This document shows positions 1 through 11,224 of a stretch of 64,000 bases of DNA, one piece after another. Each line of letters opens with the position of its first letter. Position 1 is the stretch's first letter. Made by a program: the position numbers and the translations under genes. The stretch comes from an uncultured virus (IMG/VR IMGVR_UViG_3300025121_000021) (Duplodnaviria; Heunggongvirae; Uroviricota; Caudoviricetes). Where the stretch lies: IMG/VR virus record IMGVR_UViG_3300025121_000021; one strand, 5' to 3'. A model generated the notes under the pieces. That model was not told the DNA's origin. It saw only the letters and a list, made by a program, of their open reading frames with translations, and did not search any database.

Positions 1-62
1 TTTTCAATTGTTTCTTGAAGATTTTTAAACATGTATCTTTTTTTTAGATAGGTTGAAAAAGG

Positions 63-96
63 AAAGGGCTAGGAGAGACTTCCCCTAGCCCTTTTT
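63..96. terminator. Intrinsic terminator-like hairpin at the end of the minus-strand gene run
   Basis: AAAGGGCTAGG-loop-CCTAGCCCTTT stem with a T-tract on +, just downstream of the stop of ORF 122..304. Confidence 0.55.
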
Positions 97-121
97 GGTT
101 GGTCAAACGACTAATTTTTTT

Positions 122-304
122 TTAGCCTAACTCTCCACGCTTTTGCTTAAAATCAAATACGGTGTTTCCATCCTCAGTATGAGTGGAAACTTCCACGTTG
201 CGGGCGCCTTGGCCGTTTACCGCAACAATAATTGCCCTTGCATCTTCAAGGGTAGCAGTGGAAGCGAGTTCATACGTTTGACCATTGTAACGTGCACTAA
301 CCAT
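122..304 (-). CDS. Small hypothetical protein
   Basis: 60-aa ORF with AAGGAGG SD upstream, followed by a hairpin. Confidence 0.6.
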   Translation of the reverse strand: MVSARYNGQTYELASTATLEDARAIIVAVNGQGARNVEVSTHTEDGNTVFDFKQKRGELG

Positions 305-586
305 AAATCCTCCTTTTGGTTAACCAAACTTCAATATACTATGATCTATAGTAAAAGTTATTTCATTTTTATCGATGGTGATTGTGCTTACATTTAAATT
401 TGGTGTTCTAATTATTTCTGGAGTAGTTAAAGTAAAATTTTCTTTTAGTGTTGGTAATAATTGTTTTAGTTTTTCGTTATTAATAAGAATGATATATGTT
501 TCATTAACTTCTGAAATTGTTAAGTCTTTATCTTCTAAGCTAGGATAAAGTTCTAATATCTTTTTTTTTATGTTATTTAACATTTT

Positions 587-934
587 TTAACCTGATTGTA
601 AAACTAAAAAAAAGATTGAATATGTAAAAAGAACTCCACTCAAAAATGAAACTACATACCATTTGGTTTCGTTTATTGCCGGAGATTTACTACTAATTAA
701 TTGTTTCTTTAACAATATAAGATTATATTTCAAATTTTCGTTTTGTTTAATAGTTTGAGTATATTCAAGAATAAGTAAATCTTTTAAATCTTTTGTTTCG
801 AGAATTTGTAATACTTTTTCTCTTGATAATAAATACCCATTATAAGGACTATCTTCTCCTTTTTGTAAATAAACTGGTTCCTCTGCAAAACTTAAATTGC
901 AAAAAAGAAATAATGAAATAAGTATTAATCGCAT
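587..934 (-). CDS. Exported/membrane protein (N-terminal signal peptide, C-terminal TM helix)
   Basis: Hydrophobic N-terminus ending LSFA-EE; hydrophobic C-terminal stretch WYVVSFLSGVLFTYSIFFLVL. Confidence 0.5.
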   Translation of the reverse strand: MRLILISLFLFCNLSFAEEPVYLQKGEDSPYNGYLLSREKVLQILETKDLKDLLILEYTQTIKQNENLKYNLILLKKQLISSKSPAINETKWYVVSFLSGVLFTYSIFFLVLQSG

Positions 935-1884
935 GTTTTTGCTTCTCGTACCTTCTTGATCATATCTAAAAGTAATTCATTCATTTCCCAAGACGCATCT
1001 TGATCTTTTTTTGTGAAGACTGTTAGAAGATATTGATAATCTTTGTCTTCAAGTTTAACATCTAAAGATTTAGATTTATCTTTATCCCATTGAAAATGAT
1101 TATTAGAACTTTCAAGTTCTATCTCTTTTGCTTCTTCTTCGCTTATTGTAATCTTTTTTAAAATTTTTAATCCAGATTCTAAATCTTCTGTACTACCTTT
1201 TAGTCCTCTGACTAAAGAAGTAATATATAAGCGTTCATAAATACTAAGTTCTTTTATTTCTTTCATATAACCTCTTAGATTATTAATCCTAATTCTGCAA
1301 TGGCTTTTTGTAACTCTATATATTCTTCTTCTGATACTTCTTCCAGCTTGTCTGGATAAATTAAATCTATAATATTCCAAGCAAAACGAGCTTCAGAGAC
1401 CTTCATTGGGTATTTATTTAAATAAGGAATATTTGTTGTTCCATCTAATACCAAACAATATATAGTATCTTGATGTTCAAATACCATTTGTAATCTTACA
1501 GATGTAATTTCTCCAACTTCATTATGGAGATATGGATATTTTAATCCACCAGGAGTAAAATATGTTTTCTTAAGATCCTTTTCTTTTGCATTCCAAATGA
1601 TTTTCATTTATCCCTCTTCTTTTTCGTTTCTGGAACAGGGGCTTCTGTCACTTTACATACCATTTCAAATGTTGCTACATTGCCTGTTAAATCACGTACC
1701 ATAGCATAATGAGTAGGTGTGCTATCAACGGTTTTGATGATATGAATTAGTCGCCACTTATTCTTACAAGCTTCACATTGAATATCTGCCATGTAATCAA
1801 AAGTGGCAGAGATTTCTTGTCCACATCTAGCTTCTGAATTAGACCCTTCTTTATGTTTACATCTAAACTTTACATTAAACTGCA

Positions 1885-4854
1885 TTAAGCCTCCTGGTTA
1901 ATAATATCCATTTCATCTTTAATATAAGAAAGCATTTGATTTTGGAAAAACAAATGAACATCCTGATGTTGTAACGCTTCAAGATTGAATTTGTATCCGT
2001 TGGTCATTCCAACAATATTGCTTACTAACTCTCCAATTTCGGTTTCATGGAGTTTTGTGATCTTTAAAAATGTTTTTATTTTTTCTTCTGATAAATTAAA
2101 CTTTTGTAATGTATTAATGACGTACTCAATATTTTCTTTTTTAAGAATATTTTTCAGTATGAAAGGCGTAAAGAATTTACTCCCGCCCTCAACATGTTTG
2201 ATACCTCGGACTAAACAATCTTGAACTAATCTTGCATATATGAAAATTAATTCATGCATTAATTCTTTATCGATGTAATTTTTGCCATAGGTCCATTCGC
2301 ATAAGCCATACCATTCCCATAATTGTAATGTTCCAAATCCCATAAGGGTTTTAGCAATGGCGCTGTCTGCAAATATTTGTTTATACTTATCATAATCAAT
2401 ATAGTACCATCTAAAAGGTTGGAAATCAAGAGCTGAATTACTTAGTTCTTTTTTTGTATATTGTTTAATCCAGTCTATCTCATATGGTCTTAGGTTTTTA
2501 TCGGGATCTGTAACGTATATCTTTTCTAATAAATTTTGTCCCTCAATACTACTAGGAGCTAATATTGGGAATATATCTCCGTCGCAATCGCTTTGGTCAT
2601 TAAGACAATCCAATGGATTACGTAATATAATAGATGCGCAAGCTTGTTTGTCAATAACATCGTTTATATTCCAGCCTATTTCATTTAAGTAATACTCAAA
2701 ATCATCGGCTGTCATAATCTTTTGAATAAATATTTGTCCAGGCCATATAACTGGATTTCTTGTTCCACAATGATAGGTTAGCCCATTTTCTATTACAAGT
2801 TTATTAAAAGTAGGATGAAAAATAACAACATGTGTGCGAGGAACTCTCCAATCGTAAAGTTGTTTTGCTGATAGTCCGAATATTCTAGTTGTACAGTTAG
2901 CACTTATAAGTTTATTCTTCCCTATCAATTCGGATTTGATAGCATCTAAATATGCTTCATGAGCATTTTCTATTTGTTTTTTATTGGTTATAAATTGATT
3001 GTTAGTCTTTTTCCCTCTTAGGGATAAGAGTAATCTATTTGCTCTACTAAAAATAGTTGTGTAGCGAACTTCTCCGCTATAAATTTCATCAGATAATAGC
3101 CTGAGCATATATGCGCTGGGAAATCTGATTGTCAATCCATTGTGTTTATAAATAAAACCGTTGTTATCAAAATTTAAAAGTCCTTCATTCGGAACTTTAT
3201 CTCCAAAAGTAATAATCGGGAATTTAATTCCTTCCATCCATTGGAGTAAATCTTCATGATTGAAAACAGGAATGTCTTTATTATATTGTTGAAGAATTTT
3301 AATAGATTCAACAACGCAATCTTTCTTAATTTTATTATCTTCTTTCTCCATGAGATGAAGAGCTAATTCATCGTATCCATAATGATGTAAATATTTAATA
3401 ACTTCTGGTAGAACCTTATGATCATCTTTTACACGACAATATTCCGAAGCTAATTCTGTAATTTGGATGGGTAATACTCCAGCCCATACTGTTTTAGTTA
3501 CCCATTTATTATTAATTTTTCTAACCCAAGTAACTTTTTCAATCTTAGATTGAATATCGTTAATTTGTTCTTCGGACATATTGTTAATGTTATACGAACT
3601 GCCTTTAACCATTGCGTCTAGCCCTAATTTTGCCAAGGCAATGGTATTATATTTGGCTTTGATACTATTATGTCCCATTCTTAGATCAATAGGATATGTT
3701 TTGTTTTGATAAATGATATAACCTAAATCTATAACAGGTTTAGTCATGCCCTTGATACCTGTATCTGAAACTATGCGCGTAGAATTTAAACGGGCACGAC
3801 TTTCCCATATAACATGGTAACTATTACGATAGGTTAAATTAGGATGTACCTCTAATACTGTTGCAGATAACAATCCTTGAGGGATATGAATATCTTTACC
3901 ATCTTTATCTTGAGCGATAACAGTAGAGCTATGTACTTTTTGACCTACAATTAATGGTAATTCTATCCCATCGGATAATTCTAAGTCTTGAGAACGAATT
4001 GGTTTGACTATGTTTTGAGTAAATGAACGAGCAGCTTCAATTTCTCCGCCTAATAAATCGTAAGTAGTAGTATTGATTTCGTCAAATACTATTAAACAAT
4101 TTTTAGTGTGTGTAGTTTCATCAGGATTATCTTCCCATGATAAAACCGGTTTTGACTGTTTGATGAACTCTATGTGGTCATTAGCTACACACGATTTATG
4201 CCTTGACAGGAGTTGAGAAGCGTTTTTATCAGTATTAAAAATAGTCTTTACTTGACTTCCCTCAAAGTCATAACCAATAGCTTTATAATTTTTCTTATTT
4301 AAATAAAGAGTAAAAAGACCACGAGTGGGTCCACTTTCACTACCACATAGTACTGGTAGTTCAGTTAGGATTTGTTTCATGAGGACAACATTAAGTGATT
4401 GCCATTCTGTGCGAAAGGCATCACCTAAACATTGCCATTTTTCACCTGTCGTAGGATTGCTAGGGTGAATGAACTTAACTCTGTTCTCAAATTTTAATTT
4501 ACTGTTGTCAGAAATAGGGATACTCGAAGCGCCTATTTCAACAAAACGTTGAATATCGTCTTTTAATAAATTAATAAAAGGTACTTTTTGTTGTAAAATT
4601 TGTTCGAGTCTTTGATCTAAGATTTGACAGAATATATCCTGGGCACTATACCAGGCTTTAGTATTGTCTGTAAACATAATCATAGGCATGACTCGATTAC
4701 AGACAAATTGTCCGTCAATATTCATGGGGAGAGTAAGAGAATAAACTCCGTTCGGGGAAGTGAATAATAATTCTACTTTTTTATCATTAATGAGATATCG
4801 AAATATATGGGGATAAATTTGAGCATAGTAATCCAGAAGTTTTACAAGATTCAT
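1885..4854 (-). CDS. Divergent two-barrel (double-psi beta-barrel) RNA polymerase with beta- and beta'-like motifs in one chain
   Basis: DxDGD catalytic motif (QSDCDGDIFP, ~2575-2589), upstream GTRNPV (RxP-like) and RIVSDTGIKG (beta-type GxKG). Start placed at ATG 4854 behind a GGAGG SD. Confidence 0.6.
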   Translation of the reverse strand: MNLVKLLDYYAQIYPHIFRYLINDKKVELLFTSPNGVYSLTLPMNIDGQFVCNRVMPMIMFTDNTKAWYSAQDIFCQILDQRLEQILQQKVPFINLLKDDIQRFVEIGASSIPISDNSKLKFENRVKFIHPSNPTTGEKWQCLGDAFRTEWQSLNVVLMKQILTELPVLCGSESGPTRGLFTLYLNKKNYKAIGYDFEGSQVKTIFNTDKNASQLLSRHKSCVANDHIEFIKQSKPVLSWEDNPDETTHTKNCLIVFDEINTTTYDLLGGEIEAARSFTQNIVKPIRSQDLELSDGIELPLIVGQKVHSSTVIAQDKDGKDIHIPQGLLSATVLEVHPNLTYRNSYHVIWESRARLNSTRIVSDTGIKGMTKPVIDLGYIIYQNKTYPIDLRMGHNSIKAKYNTIALAKLGLDAMVKGSSYNINNMSEEQINDIQSKIEKVTWVRKINNKWVTKTVWAGVLPIQITELASEYCRVKDDHKVLPEVIKYLHHYGYDELALHLMEKEDNKIKKDCVVESIKILQQYNKDIPVFNHEDLLQWMEGIKFPIITFGDKVPNEGLLNFDNNGFIYKHNGLTIRFPSAYMLRLLSDEIYSGEVRYTTIFSRANRLLLSLRGKKTNNQFITNKKQIENAHEAYLDAIKSELIGKNKLISANCTTRIFGLSAKQLYDWRVPRTHVVIFHPTFNKLVIENGLTYHCGTRNPVIWPGQIFIQKIMTADDFEYYLNEIGWNINDVIDKQACASIILRNPLDCLNDQSDCDGDIFPILAPSSIEGQNLLEKIYVTDPDKNLRPYEIDWIKQYTKKELSNSALDFQPFRWYYIDYDKYKQIFADSAIAKTLMGFGTLQLWEWYGLCEWTYGKNYIDKELMHELIFIYARLVQDCLVRGIKHVEGGSKFFTPFILKNILKKENIEYVINTLQKFNLSEEKIKTFLKITKLHETEIGELVSNIVGMTNGYKFNLEALQHQDVHLFFQNQMLSYIKDEMDIINQEA

Positions 4855-5557
4855 GTGAGCCTCCTTTGTCGCACTCGCAATTATCTTCTTCGTAGCTTTC
4901 TTCTGCATAAAGATTGATCTGACGTTTTTTTACCTTAGGCTTATTAGTATATGTTACTTCTTCTACTATAGCTTCAGCTAAGCCTTGGCTTAATGCATCT
5001 TCTGCCGTGAACCATTGATCTGTTCTTAACCATTCTTCAACATCAAAAACAGGATGGTTTACTCTTTCGGAAATAAGTGTAAGAAATTTTTGACGCTGAT
5101 AATTTACTAAATGTAAATGATTTTGTAAATTTGAATATGTTTCTGCGGCATATAAGAAGATATCATGTAACATGATATGAGCTGAAGGGTAAATTAGTCG
5201 ATGGGGCATTGATAGAGCAATAATACCTGCTGCACTAGCGGCTTCTCCCTGTATTACTGCTGTTGCATTTTGAGAGGAAAGAAGGATGGAATCTATTATT
5301 CGATACATAGCATCTACATCTCCTCCTGGACTATCTATTAATAATAATGGAGGTTCCTGAGGAGTTAACATAGATAAATCTTCTTCAATTTGTTCCGCTA
5401 ATTCTTGGCAAATTTCACCATAGACTTTAATGGTTTTGTCATTGATAGTAATATGGACACGTATGTCATCAGGTACAATACCTTTTTCTCCGGTTTTTTT
5501 TAGTTCTTTAATTATGCTCTTTTTATAATTAACTTGTTTAGCATGTGTGTTAATCAT
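4787..5557 (-). CDS. clpP: ClpP-like serine protease
   Basis: IDSPGGDV, GEAASAA (catalytic Ser), IMLHD (His) and DQWFTAEDALSQGL motifs. Confidence 0.85.
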   Translation of the reverse strand: MINTHAKQVNYKKSIIKELKKTGEKGIVPDDIRVHITINDKTIKVYGEICQELAEQIEEDLSMLTPQEPPLLLIDSPGGDVDAMYRIIDSILLSSQNATAVIQGEAASAAGIIALSMPHRLIYPSAHIMLHDIFLYAAETYSNLQNHLHLVNYQRQKFLTLISERVNHPVFDVEEWLRTDQWFTAEDALSQGLAEAIVEEVTYTNKPKVKKRQINLYAEESYEEDNCECDKGGSHESCKTSGLLCSNLSPYISISH

Positions 5558-6139
5558 GTCTCTCCTAAAAAAATTAAAAATCTAAATCAATTTCATCATC
5601 CTCTTCATTATCTTCATCGTATTCTTCTTTTTCTTCTGGTAAAGTTTCTTCCTCGTCATCCTCACCTAGAAAATCTTTTAGTAATTGTTTAGTTTCGTCG
5701 TCGAGTTGATCAACTGTTGAAGATTTCTGAACTTTTTGCGGAGAAAGTTCTTCTAACTTATTTCCATCAACAGTAATTAGCCCATAGTAACTATGGCTGA
5801 CCACATAAATATCTCCAGTTTTAGCTGTAATTTCTACTTCGTCATTACCAGGAGGAAGAGTCTTTAGTCTGGCTTTGTTCCCAACTTTCATTTTTTTTCT
5901 CACATAAAAGGTGTTTTATATTCAAAACATCGAACGATATTTCTATATTATCAACGAAGATTACTAAATCTTCAACTCTTTTTTTATACGATTGAATAAT
6001 ATTTGTAATTAATCCTTCATTTTGTGGAAGTAATTCCTCAAAAAGTGGAATAGACTTATGATAAAGTCCTAAAAATATTGGTTGTTCGGGATTTTTCATA
6101 GGTAAGTGGGGAGGGGACTCACCATCCCCTCCCTTCTCC

Positions 6140-6328
6140 TTAAATAGGATTTGTTGTCCAGCTACCATGTTTTGCGTAGCCGTTAACATCTTTCATAGCA
6201 GTTTTTTGATTACAATGGGGGCATGTGGTGAGATCCCCAAATTGTAATGTCTCATTTGTTAAAATTTCAAATTGTTGTCCCTTGGTAGGGCAATCTGAAT
6301 TTTGACAAACAAAGTTGTAGATTTTCAC
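6140..6328 (-). CDS. FmdB-like zinc-ribbon protein
   Basis: MKIYNFVCQNSDC...FE...CPHC pattern. Confidence 0.6.
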   Translation of the reverse strand: MKIYNFVCQNSDCPTKGQQFEILTNETLQFGDLTTCPHCNQKTAMKDVNGYAKHGSWTTNPI

Positions 6329-6622
6329 TTGATCCCCTGGATATATTTTACTGTCGAGATCTCTTTACCTAGTGTTCTGCTCACCAGTCGAGCACGAATA
6401 GATAGCTCCTTCATAACCCCCTTTTTATAAGTAGGGTTCTTCAGGTAGCTATTTTTCAGTAATTGGTCAGAGCATAAATAAATGGGCCATCCACAACAAG
6501 GACCCTCACGGAGAGCTGTAGTATGACCTCGCGCTTCGTTATTTTTCAAACGAGAAGTAATCATACGCCCACGACTTTGAAACAATGAATTGCTTTCCTT
6601 CTTCTTCGTCATAGTCCTCCTA

Positions 6623-7153
6623 TCATGTGAACAGTTCTTCTGGGGTCGTAGCCCCTTCAATCAGATTCAGCTCCATTTTGCCCGCATTGTGTTGCGGTCT
6701 TTCCGGAGCAAGAACCTTAATCTCTTTGAGTAATGGGAGTGAGTCAATTGGACAATCTGCAGCAAAGCTTGCGAGTGTGCGATACTTAGCCGTAGCGACC
6801 GATAGAATTGCATTAAGCAAATATGGGTCATTGATAACCCAAGTGGGTTCCCAATTTCCTTTGGTCGTGACAGTTGATCCGTCGCCTAAAGTACGACTGG
6901 TTTGAGACCTCCCGTTCTGATCTTGAGTAAAACGTGGTGTAGAATTAATAAAATAACTAGTTTGAACTACGTCGTTTTCATCCTTTTTGACATAAGATAC
7001 GAGTCGCGCATCATTTAAAGTGATAAGCGATTCATCTACATGAAGTTGAATGTCAAAGTGACAGATGTTATGACGAGGTTTAGCAAAATCAACTGGAGCA
7101 TTCCAAGTAGGATCCAACGTAAAGTTCTTGAGTGTTGCGATGTGCTTGTCCAT
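6623..7153 (-). CDS. Hypothetical protein, possibly nucleic-acid binding (SpoVG/SSB-like)
   Basis: Strong SD; beta-rich FDIQLHV...ITLNDARLV segment; the family resemblance is weak. Confidence 0.3.
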   Translation of the reverse strand: MDKHIATLKNFTLDPTWNAPVDFAKPRHNICHFDIQLHVDESLITLNDARLVSYVKKDENDVVQTSYFINSTPRFTQDQNGRSQTSRTLGDGSTVTTKGNWEPTWVINDPYLLNAILSVATAKYRTLASFAADCPIDSLPLLKEIKVLAPERPQHNAGKMELNLIEGATTPEELFT

Positions 7154-7900
7154 TGTGTGTCTCCTTGTTTTGTGTTTATCTATAGTACATAATGTACTGA
7201 TAGCTTAGTCGATTTGAATTTCTGTCACTGTATCGGCTGTTAATGATCCCTTTTTTACCAAACGCATTTTGTTAATTTCCGGATCATATTCGCACACAAC
7301 AATATAAAGACCTGGATCTTGAGAAGAGATCCCTAATTCAATAGGATCAATAAAAAAATTATTTTCGGTTTTGTTAAATGCTTCATGTTCCCAAACTTCT
7401 AAAAAGATGTCAGTTAAGTCTGCAACATCACATTCTCCAAATTCTATAGGATAAATACAATCAAATTCATTGTAAGCAACAGTATATGATAGAGAAGTTT
7501 TTGTCACTTGATATAAATTACAAGCTAGTTGTAACCAATTAAGCGAACAAGAAGGAAGAATTGACTTAGGAGAATCCATTCCTTCAATATAAAAAAAATT
7601 TCGTTGAAGAGTCATATTGAGAATTCTAATTTCAGGAATTGATGCGTTAAATAATGCCCATAGAATTAAAGCTTCAGTTTTTTCTGCTGTTCCTTCACTC
7701 TCTTCTAAATATGTTAATAGAGTTACATGGTCTTTACTAGAAGGATGATAGTTAACTAAAGATTCAAGCATGGCAACTCCGTATCAATTTCAAACCCACA
7801 AAAACGTTTTGTTATATCCAAAAAATTTTTGTCAAAGAAAACAAGGATATTATCTCTTAAAATTTATATCTGAAAATATTCTTCTTATAGAATTTTGATT

Positions 7901-8290
7901 TTAAGACATATCTTTTATACAGCGTACAAGATTAAGACGATTTTTATCTTCAGGATGCATAGGATAATTACGAATAATAGTTACGGTCCACACCAAATCA
8001 TCATTATAATAGTATGGAATTGAAGACCAAAAACTCTCTTTTTTCATTATATTAGTAATTCTTTTAGGTCCAGTTTCGAATAAAGTAAATAATTCCAATC
8101 GGGTAGGTAATCTTCCTCCTTGCGCTTCAACCCAATTTTGAGCTTCATACCAAGTCATTTTTTCTTTAGAGACAGGACTCCATATTAATCCAGTTTGAGG
8201 ATCTTTTTGCCAAGTTGCTCTTTTGTATTCTTTTTCTAGATATAACAATTTTGGTTCTTTATAAAACATTATATGTTTATTTTGTTCCAT
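7901..8290 (-). CDS. DUF1566/Lcl C-type-lectin-like protein (paralog 1)
   Basis: DPQTGLIW, MTWYEA, GGRLPTRLEL, FWSS, VRCI. Confidence 0.8.
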   Translation of the reverse strand: MEQNKHIMFYKEPKLLYLEKEYKRATWQKDPQTGLIWSPVSKEKMTWYEAQNWVEAQGGRLPTRLELFTLFETGPKRITNIMKKESFWSSIPYYYNDDLVWTVTIIRNYPMHPEDKNRLNLVRCIKDMS

Positions 8291-9547
8291 TTAAGATACC
8301 TCTTCTGTATCTACATAGTCAGCTGATTCTTTAGCTCTTCCTTCTAATACATTAAACTCAAATGACTTATACTTAAGGATATTTCTTTCTTCGACTCTTA
8401 AGCATACTCCCTCTTTAATATGAAGAGGAGTTAATATCGAAGGTGTTTGGCAATGGGTTTCACAACGTTTTACCAAAGAATCAATAGAATTTTGTGTCAA
8501 AACAAAAGTTTCGAGTTCTGGTACTGGTTTAAGACCAAGTTCTTGGCAACGCTGTTTGACTTGAGGCCAATTTAATTCTATTTCTTTATCATCTGGAGTT
8601 ACCTGAACAATACGATAGATATATGCTTCGCATGTTTGATTAGGACAACCATAATGAAATGGCATTGCTTGTAAATGGACATAATCAGGGAATAAAGATT
8701 TATCTTTTGGTTTTATTGTAATAGGTCCTTGAATGGCCTTTCCGTTAGGCAAATAGCCTACGATTTCGTAATAAAGGATCTCTCCTTTTCTTAGCCCTGC
8801 TGTTTTAATTTTGTTATGCCAATCTTGGCGAAATTGATTAGATCCATAATATCCTGTTCCTTCTGGATTTAATATGGTTCTACGTGTTCCAGAAATATAT
8901 TCCCATTTGGAATAAGATAAGTCAAATTTCTCAAGAATTTTTGTCCCCCAAGAGGGTTTATTAATCTTGATATATCCGGTCCTTGCGCTGGTTCCGTGCA
9001 ATTTCTCGCTAATTACAATGACTTGTCCTTCTTTCAAAGAATGTAAATTCTTTTGAAGGTGAGTTGTTTCGAAATGTTCTTTTAACATTTCGTAAGAAAA
9101 CTTTTTCTTGTTTTTCTTTTTGTTGGTTGGGCCACTCATTCTTTGCAGAGTGGCAGGAGTATAATACTTTTGACAAATCAATTTACCGTTGACAGTATCA
9201 ATTAAATCTCCTTCATCAAAATCTGTTTTTCCTGTCCAAAATAAAGATTCTATTTTAGTCCAATAGCCATTACTTTTTTCGCCTCGTAGGGTTAGGGCTC
9301 TGACTCTTCTATTGTCCTCGAAAAATCCTCCCATCGGTTCACCTGTGGTAGGATCTTTGCGGTATAATTTATTAATAAGACACATTTCATGCGAAAGTTG
9401 TCCATCAGGACCAAAGTAAACACCTAAATCTCCTTCTTTTGCATTAGCAAAAATAATAGTTTCGCCACAAACTGTAGCTAATTGTAATTTATCAGCGTTT
9501 GGGTGAGGTCTTACATTTCTTAAGGCTACAACTATTGCCGAATACAT
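8291..9547 (-). CDS. RNA ligase, DRB0094/Rnl2-like, with N-terminal OB-like domain
   Basis: HPNADKLQLA N-terminus, motif I EKLHGTS, YEIVG, EGVCLR, LKYKS; SD upstream of ATG 9547. Confidence 0.8.
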   Translation of the reverse strand: MYSAIVVALRNVRPHPNADKLQLATVCGETIIFANAKEGDLGVYFGPDGQLSHEMCLINKLYRKDPTTGEPMGGFFEDNRRVRALTLRGEKSNGYWTKIESLFWTGKTDFDEGDLIDTVNGKLICQKYYTPATLQRMSGPTNKKKNKKKFSYEMLKEHFETTHLQKNLHSLKEGQVIVISEKLHGTSARTGYIKINKPSWGTKILEKFDLSYSKWEYISGTRRTILNPEGTGYYGSNQFRQDWHNKIKTAGLRKGEILYYEIVGYLPNGKAIQGPITIKPKDKSLFPDYVHLQAMPFHYGCPNQTCEAYIYRIVQVTPDDKEIELNWPQVKQRCQELGLKPVPELETFVLTQNSIDSLVKRCETHCQTPSILTPLHIKEGVCLRVEERNILKYKSFEFNVLEGRAKESADYVDTEEVS

Positions 9548-9558
9548 AATTTTCTCCT

Positions 9559-9810
9559 TTACAGTATTTCTTTTTGTAGTTTTTGAAGTTGATAATAAAA
9601 GTATTGCCATCTAGAAATATTTTTACCACTTAGTAAATATACCCCCCACTCATATACGGCATTTACTGTATATATTTCATTGGCTTTTAAATCACTTTTG
9701 CCATAATGTTTTTCACGGTTAGAAGAACATGAATAAACAGTACTATCTGTTAGTAATACCTTATCTCCTTTTTGGAATAATTTCCGATGATCAATTGTTG
9801 GACTGTTCAT
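9559..9810 (-). CDS. Small SH3/KOW-like protein (FxxGDxV family member)
   Basis: FQKGDKVLLTD; resembles 23846, 25302 and 25545. Confidence 0.5.
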   Translation of the reverse strand: MNSPTIDHRKLFQKGDKVLLTDSTVYSCSSNREKHYGKSDLKANEIYTVNAVYEWGVYLLSGKNISRWQYFYYQLQKLQKEIL

Positions 9811-10160
9811 AGCATCTCCAGTGTAATACCCAACTCTTTTAACATAGATAAGTCAAAAGCTTTTATATACCGTACTGGATAAACAAAACTTTTTACACGA
9901 CTTTGTATTGAATATTCACTAGAACATATACGATACATATAATCTTCACGAAAAAGATCACGCGATGAGGACCAATAATAACATTCTGTAAATCCAGGAA
10001 CTTTATCTATAAATGCTTGTCTTAACTCAAAAATTGTTGGTAACCTCCAGCCATTTTCTTCTGAGTCTTTGGCTTGATTCCAAGTCATTAGTCCTTGGGT
10101 TGGTCCCCAAACCCATCTGTTATTGAAGTCAATTGTAAAACCATTGATTTCTTTAAACAT
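9807..10160 (-). CDS. DUF1566/Lcl-like protein (paralog 2)
   Basis: WGP...MTWNQA...GWRLPTIFEL...YWSSS...VRYI. Confidence 0.75.
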   Translation of the reverse strand: MFKEINGFTIDFNNRWVWGPTQGLMTWNQAKDSEENGWRLPTIFELRQAFIDKVPGFTECYYWSSSRDLFREDYMYRICSSEYSIQSRVKSFVYPVRYIKAFDLSMLKELGITLEML

Positions 10161-10169
10161 ATTAGATCT

Positions 10170-10424
10170 CTAAAATTTATTTTTTCTGTATTTTTCTGCT
10201 AAACGTACTAATACTTTCTTTTTTACAGAAAGCAATTGACTAAGAGGCTCATAATATCCTTGTTCAAAAGGGAAAGGGCTTACTTTCCCCGATTCTATTT
10301 GTTGATAATATGCAGGAGAAATATCTAAATTTTTTGCAATAAAACTTTGTGTCAAATGTTGTTCTTTGCGAAGAACTCGTATAAAAGTTCCAAAATGTAT
10401 TGGTCTTTTCATTTTATTTTCCAA
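10170..10424 (-). CDS. XRE-family HTH regulator
   Basis: FGTFIRVLRKEQHLTQ...ISPAYYQQIESG. Confidence 0.8.
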   Translation of the reverse strand: MENKMKRPIHFGTFIRVLRKEQHLTQSFIAKNLDISPAYYQQIESGKVSPFPFEQGYYEPLSQLLSVKKKVLVRLAEKYRKNKF

Positions 10425-10430
10425 GATTAT

Positions 10431-10808
10431 TTAACGTACACAACGCGCATAGTGATAAAAATCTTTAAGATCGAAGTTGGAGAAACCTCTATTAAAATCA
10501 ATAAGGTAAACACCACTGGGAAGAACATTACAAGATGTTGTTGTCCAAAACTTTTTATTTCTCATTGATTCGATGATTTCTTTAGGTCCATCATCAAATA
10601 GACTAGTAAGTTCTGATCTTGTAGGAAGTTTTCCCCCTTGTTTTTTTGCCCAATCCATGGCTTCGTCCCAAGTCATTGATTTTTCTGCAATTGGTCCCCA
10701 CTCTAATCCGGTCGCAGGATCTTTAATCCAAGTTGTTTCTTTAACAGGTTGATTATGTTCGCATTCTTGACATAGTTCCTGTAGTTTTTCAAGTATTTTA
10801 CAAGTCAT
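10431..10808 (-). CDS. DUF1566/Lcl-like protein (paralog 3, MTCKILE leader)
   Basis: DPATGLEWGP, GGKLPTRSEL, FWTT, YARCVR. Confidence 0.8.
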   Translation of the reverse strand: MTCKILEKLQELCQECEHNQPVKETTWIKDPATGLEWGPIAEKSMTWDEAMDWAKKQGGKLPTRSELTSLFDDGPKEIIESMRNKKFWTTTSCNVLPSGVYLIDFNRGFSNFDLKDFYHYARCVR

Positions 10809-10819
10809 GATTTCTCCTA

Positions 10820-11224
10820 TTAAAGTCGCACACAACGCGCAAAACTTCTATTTGTATAATCCCAATAAATTTTACCTTTACTAAAAAATACATACTCTGA
10901 AAGACCTTTTGTATTAGGATGAGGCAATGATGTCCAAAGATATTTATTTTTCATTCCACTCTTAATTTCTTCTGGACCATTTTCAAACAAATCAATGAGT
11001 TCTACTCTTGTTGGGAGTCTTCCTCCTTGTTCCTCAACCCAATCTTTGGCTTTTTTCCAAGTCGTTCTTTTTTTTAAAATTAGTCCCCATTCTAATCCAG
11101 TTCGAGGATCTTTATACCATTCTTTCATTACAATAATTGGTATTTCTAGATCAACTTCCTGGTCATATCTTTTGCATAGTTTTTCGCATAGTTCTTGGAA
11201 TTCTTGAAGTATTTTGCCTATCAT
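10820..11224 (-). CDS. DUF1566/Lcl-like protein (paralog 4)
   Basis: DPRTGLEWG, GGRLPTRVEL, LWTS, FARCVR. Confidence 0.8.
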   Translation of the reverse strand: MIGKILQEFQELCEKLCKRYDQEVDLEIPIIVMKEWYKDPRTGLEWGLILKKRTTWKKAKDWVEEQGGRLPTRVELIDLFENGPEEIKSGMKNKYLWTSLPHPNTKGLSEYVFFSKGKIYWDYTNRSFARCVRL

